Of a stretch of 64,000 nt of DNA, positions 60,836 to 64,000 are shown one piece after another. The DNA is from Bacteroidota bacterium. GTDB lineage: Bacteria; Bacteroidota; Bacteroidia; AKYH767-A; OLB10. The stretch is taken from assembly GCA_016714535.1 (NCBI GenBank), contig JADKDR010000005.1, positions 358,966 to 422,965 on the forward strand, written 5' to 3'. A program made the translations under genes and the position numbers. Numbering within the stretch: position 1 is the stretch's first letter; the number at the start of each line of letters is the position of its first letter. The notes under the pieces were generated by a model. That model did not search any database, was not told the origin of the DNA, and saw only the letters and a program-made list of their open reading frames with translations.

Positions 60836-62176
60836 ATGAAGAGATTTTTAACTACTATTCAAAACATCTTCCGAATCGAGGATTTGAAGTCAAAGCTTTT
60901 TATCACTTTGATTTGTATTCTTGTATATAGGCTTGGTGCTCATATTGTATTACCAGGTATAGATCCCCAAGCATTAGAGTCTTTAAAATCACAGGCTCAA
61001 GGGGGTTGTTTGGCTTGTTAGATATGTTTGCTGGTGGAGCATTTTCTCAAGCATCCATATTTGCAATTGGAATTATGCCATATATAAGCGCTAGTATTGT
61101 AATTCAGTTGTTATCAATGGCTATGCCATCCTTTCAAAAGCTTCAGAAAGAAGGAGAAAGCGGACGTAAGAAGTTGACACAATGGACTCGTTTACTAACA
61201 GTAGGGGTATGCTTATTACAAGCACCCGGATACTTAGTAAATTTGCAAGCACAAGCGCCAGGTGCAATTCTTGAGAATTCATTCATGTTTACCTTCACAT
61301 CAGTAATTATATTAACTGCTGGAACATTATTCGTAATGTGGCTGGGAGAAAAAATTCAGGATCGTGGAATTGGTAATGGTACTTCACTTATTATCATGGT
61401 TGGTATTATCGCCCGCTTACCACAGGCTATTGGAGGGGAGTTTACCAGAACCATGACTACCGGCAGCGGTGGTATACTAATGTTTTTAGTAGAAATTATT
61501 TTCTGGTTAAGTGTAATAGCTGCGGTTATATTGTTGGTGCAAGGAACCCGTAAAAATTCCTGTTCAATTTGCAAAAACAATTGTTGGTAATCGCCAATAT
61601 GGTGGTGTTCGTCAGTATATACCTTTAAAAGTAAATACAGCAGGTGTTATGCCGATTATTTTTGCTCAAGCCATTATGTTTATTCCATTGACAATAGCTC
61701 AGTTTTTTCCGAGCGAATCAATGCAGGGATTTTTAGCAGCATTTACTCGCAGCGAATCCTTCTGGTATAATTTCGTATTTGCATTATTGATAGTTGTTTT
61801 TACATATTTCTATACGGCTATTGCGGTTAATCCTAACCAAATGGCTGATGATATGAAGAAGAATAATGGGTTTGTTCCTGGTATAAAACCAGGAAGAAAG
61901 ACCGCTGAATTTATTGATGAAGTTATGTCGCGAATTACCCTGCCAGGTGCCTTGTTTCTTGCCTTGGTAGCAATCTTGCCTGCCATTGCACAATTAATCG
62001 GTATCAATCAAAATTTTGCACAATTTTTTGGAGGTACCAGTTTGTTGATTATGGTTGGTGTAATATTAGATACCCTTCAGCAGATTGAAAGTCAATTATT
62101 AATGCGTAAGTACGATGGATTGATGAAGTCGGGAAGGATTAAAGGACGCACAACGATGAGTGCGGTACCACAATAA
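60836..62176 (+). CDS. secY: Preprotein translocase subunit SecY, split into three ORFs by two homopolymer frameshifts (G5 at 61001-61005 with one G missing; A5 at 61552-61556 with one extra A)
   Basis: The three track ORFs (60836-61021, 61006-61590, 61649-62176) together read as a canonical SecY. A single-base repair at each site gives …KSQAQGGLFGLLDMFAGG… and …TRKIPVQFAKTIVGNRQYGG…. Confidence 0.9.
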
Positions 62177-62202
62177 AATTTCTTAAATTATAGAATTTTA
62201 GA

Positions 62203-63027
62203 GTGGCGGTAAATTTAAAATCGAAAGAAGAAATAGAGTTAATAAAGATTAGTTCTTTACTTGTTGGGGAGACTTTGGCAATGCTAGCCTCCGAATTGAA
62301 GCCTGGGATTTCGACCTTGAAATTAGACACAATGGCCAATGACTTTATAAGGTCGCATGGGGCAGTGCCTACTTTCATGGGATATCATGGTTATAAGTAC
62401 AATACATGTATATCAGTTAATGAAGAGGTGGTTCATGGACTTCCATCTAATCGCGAAGTTAAGGATGGCGACTTGGTATCAATTGATATTGGTGTTACCA
62501 AGAATGGGTGGATAGGAGACTCAGCCTATTCCTTTGGAATAGGCGAAGTTAGTGCCGAAAAGCTAAAGCTAATGGAAGTGACTTACCAGTGCTTATACCT
62601 CGGAATTGCGCAGGCACTGATAGGAAAGCGGGTTGGTGATATTAGTTCAGCTGTGCAGGTATTTGCCGAAAAAAATGGATATGGAGTTGTTCGTGAATTA
62701 GTAGGGCATGGAGTAGGCAAGATGTTGCATGAGAAACCTGAAGTTCCAAATTATGGAACCAGAGGGAATGGGCCGCTGCTTAAGGAAGGAATGGTAATAG
62801 CAATAGAGCCAATGATAAATGCCGGTAAAAGGCAAGTGTCGCAGTTAAATGATAAGTGGACCATTGTTACAGCCGACCGAAAGCCTTCGGCACATTATGA
62901 GCATACGGTAGCAATAGTAGATAAAAATCAACCTTTGATTTTATCATCCTTTGAATTGATTGAAGGGGCAATAGCAAATAATCGCGAGTTAACACACTTC
63001 AAACAAGTAATAGAAAAGATTGGATAA
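62203..63027 (+). CDS. map: Type I methionine aminopeptidase
   Basis: 274 aa. Metal ligands D…D…H…E…E. Apparent GTG start. Confidence 0.9.
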   Translation: MAVNLKSKEEIELIKISSLLVGETLAMLASELKPGISTLKLDTMANDFIRSHGAVPTFMGYHGYKYNTCISVNEEVVHGLPSNREVKDGDLVSIDIGVTKNGWIGDSAYSFGIGEVSAEKLKLMEVTYQCLYLGIAQALIGKRVGDISSAVQVFAEKNGYGVVRELVGHGVGKMLHEKPEVPNYGTRGNGPLLKEGMVIAIEPMINAGKRQVSQLNDKWTIVTADRKPSAHYEHTVAIVDKNQPLILSSFELIEGAIANNRELTHFKQVIEKIG

Positions 63028-63034
63028 GTAAAAA

Positions 63035-63253
63035 ATGTCAAAACAAACATCGATAGAGCAGGACGGTACCATCACGGAAGCATTGAGCAATGCCATGTTT
63101 AGAGTTGAACTCGAAAATGGTCATCAATTAATCGCACATATTTCCGGTAAAATGCGTATGCACTACATAAAGATTTTGACAGGAGATAAGGTAAAAGTTG
63201 AAATATCGCCTTATGACTTATCAAAGGGAAGAATAACCTTCCGATACAAATAA
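63035..63253 (+). CDS. infA: Translation initiation factor IF-1
   Basis: 72 aa. S1-like …[20 protein letters not shown]…. Confidence 0.95.
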   Translation: MSKQTSIEQDGTITEALSNAMFRVELENGHQLIAHISGKMRMHYIKILTGDKVKVEISPYDLSKGRITFRYK

Positions 63254-63312
63254 AGAAGAATTGAAAATTGAATTCCGTAAGGAAATTATAAAAGAGCAAA
63301 CACAGAATAGCG

Positions 63313-63429
63313 ATGAAAGTAAAACCATCATTAAAGAAACGTAGTGCCGAATGCAAAATAGTTCGCAGAAAGGGCAAACTGTACGTGATTAACAAAAAGA
63401 ATCCTCGTTTTAAACAACGTCAGGGATAA
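63313..63429 (+). CDS. rpmJ: 50S ribosomal protein L36
   Basis: 38 aa, translated by eye as [38 protein letters not shown]. Confidence 0.9.
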   Translation: MKVKPSLKKRSAECKIVRRKGKLYVINKKNPRFKQRQG

Positions 63430-63471
63430 TCCATCATTTTAAAAATAATTAACTAGAAAAAAGACTAATTC

Positions 63472-63846
63472 ATGGCTCGTATAGCAGGAATTGATTTACC
63501 AAAAAATAAAAGAGGAGAAATAGGATTGACCTATATCTTCGGAATAGGCCGACCTACCGCGCAGCGTATTCTGGCCGAATGTGGCATTGACTTTAACAAA
63601 AAGGTTAATGAGTGGAATGATGATGAATTGAATGCAATTCGCTCACTTATAAACGAATTTAAAGTTGAAGGTGCATTACGCTCAGAAGTACAGTTAAACA
63701 TCAAGCGATTGATGGATATTAACTGTTATCGTGGTGTGCGTCATCGTAAAGGACTGCCCGTAAGAGGTCAGCGCACTAAAAACAATTGCCGTACACGGAA
63801 GGGTAAGAGAAAGACAGTTGCTAACAAGAAGAAGGTAACTAAGTAA
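63472..63846 (+). CDS. rpsM: 30S ribosomal protein S13
   Basis: 124 aa. [14 protein letters not shown]…. Confidence 0.95.
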   Translation: MARIAGIDLPKNKRGEIGLTYIFGIGRPTAQRILAECGIDFNKKVNEWNDDELNAIRSLINEFKVEGALRSEVQLNIKRLMDINCYRGVRHRKGLPVRGQRTKNNCRTRKGKRKTVANKKKVTK

Positions 63847-63873
63847 TAACTAATTAAACACGCAAAAAAATAG

Positions 63874-64000
63874 ATGGCTACACAAAAAACCGCGGCAACA
63901 AAAACCGTAAAAAAGAAAGTAGTAAAAGTAGAAGCCAATGGCGAAGCACATATTAGCGCTACCTTCAATAATATTATCATTAGCTTAACAAATTTAAATG
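63874..64000 (+). CDS. rpsK: 30S ribosomal protein S11 (5' part; continues beyond the window)
   Basis: MATQKTAATKTVKKKVVKVEANGEAHISATFNNIIISLTN… is the S11 N-terminus. Confidence 0.9.
   Translation, partial: MATQKTAATKTVKKKVVKVEANGEAHISATFNNIIISLTNLN

Noticed and set aside
1-64000. CRISPR arrays, tRNA, rRNA or tmRNA genes
   Set aside because: No regularly spaced short direct repeats were seen. No tRNA-like T-loop (GTTCRANYC) was found in intergenic regions. The repeats at 23-26 kb are long (100-260 bp), irregularly spaced and diverged, not CRISPR-like.

Overview
This 64-kb window is low-GC (~37%) Bacteroidota chromosome (Sphingobacteriia/Chitinophagia-like). Evidence for the phylum: seven proteins with type-IX-secretion (T9SS) C-terminal sorting domains, TAnnTTTG -7 promoter boxes, and an S12-S7-EF-G-S10...SecY-IF1-L36-S13-S11 ribosomal supercluster with no tuf between fusA and rpsJ.

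Layout:
- 0-11 kb: secreted-hydrolase accessory region. It holds a TonB-dependent receptor with partner lipoprotein, an S8 protease, a surface cupredoxin and two tandem M43 metalloproteases, all T9SS cargo.
- 11-23 kb: housekeeping and envelope genes (MqnC/E radical SAM, L28-L33-DUF4295, ftsY, miaE, two paralogous polytopic membrane proteins plus a DCC oxidoreductase, and an OmpR/HK pair).
- 23.1-26.4 kb: a repeat-rich island. A composite ~260-bp repeat, built from two modules and carrying a GC-rich perfect hairpin, occurs twice in full and at least four times in part. The copies flank a Phd/YefM antitoxin, a RelE/ParE toxin with an in-frame amber codon, and an N-terminally truncated T9SS-cargo gene fragment. 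This is the best candidate for something undescribed.
- 26.6-47.7 kb: PadR-PspC, GH13 amylase (T9SS), M13 peptidase, assorted lipoproteins, TolB-like and WG-repeat proteins, a tRNA m6A37-type methyltransferase, GT2, and an SRPBCC-GyrI fusion.
- 47.9-64 kb: the ribosomal protein supercluster.

Caveat: rplB, rplE and secY (twice), and also a LolA-like gene and the SRPBCC gene, each carry single-base homopolymer indels. The assembly therefore has homopolymer-length errors, and isolated frameshifts should not be read as biology without resequencing.
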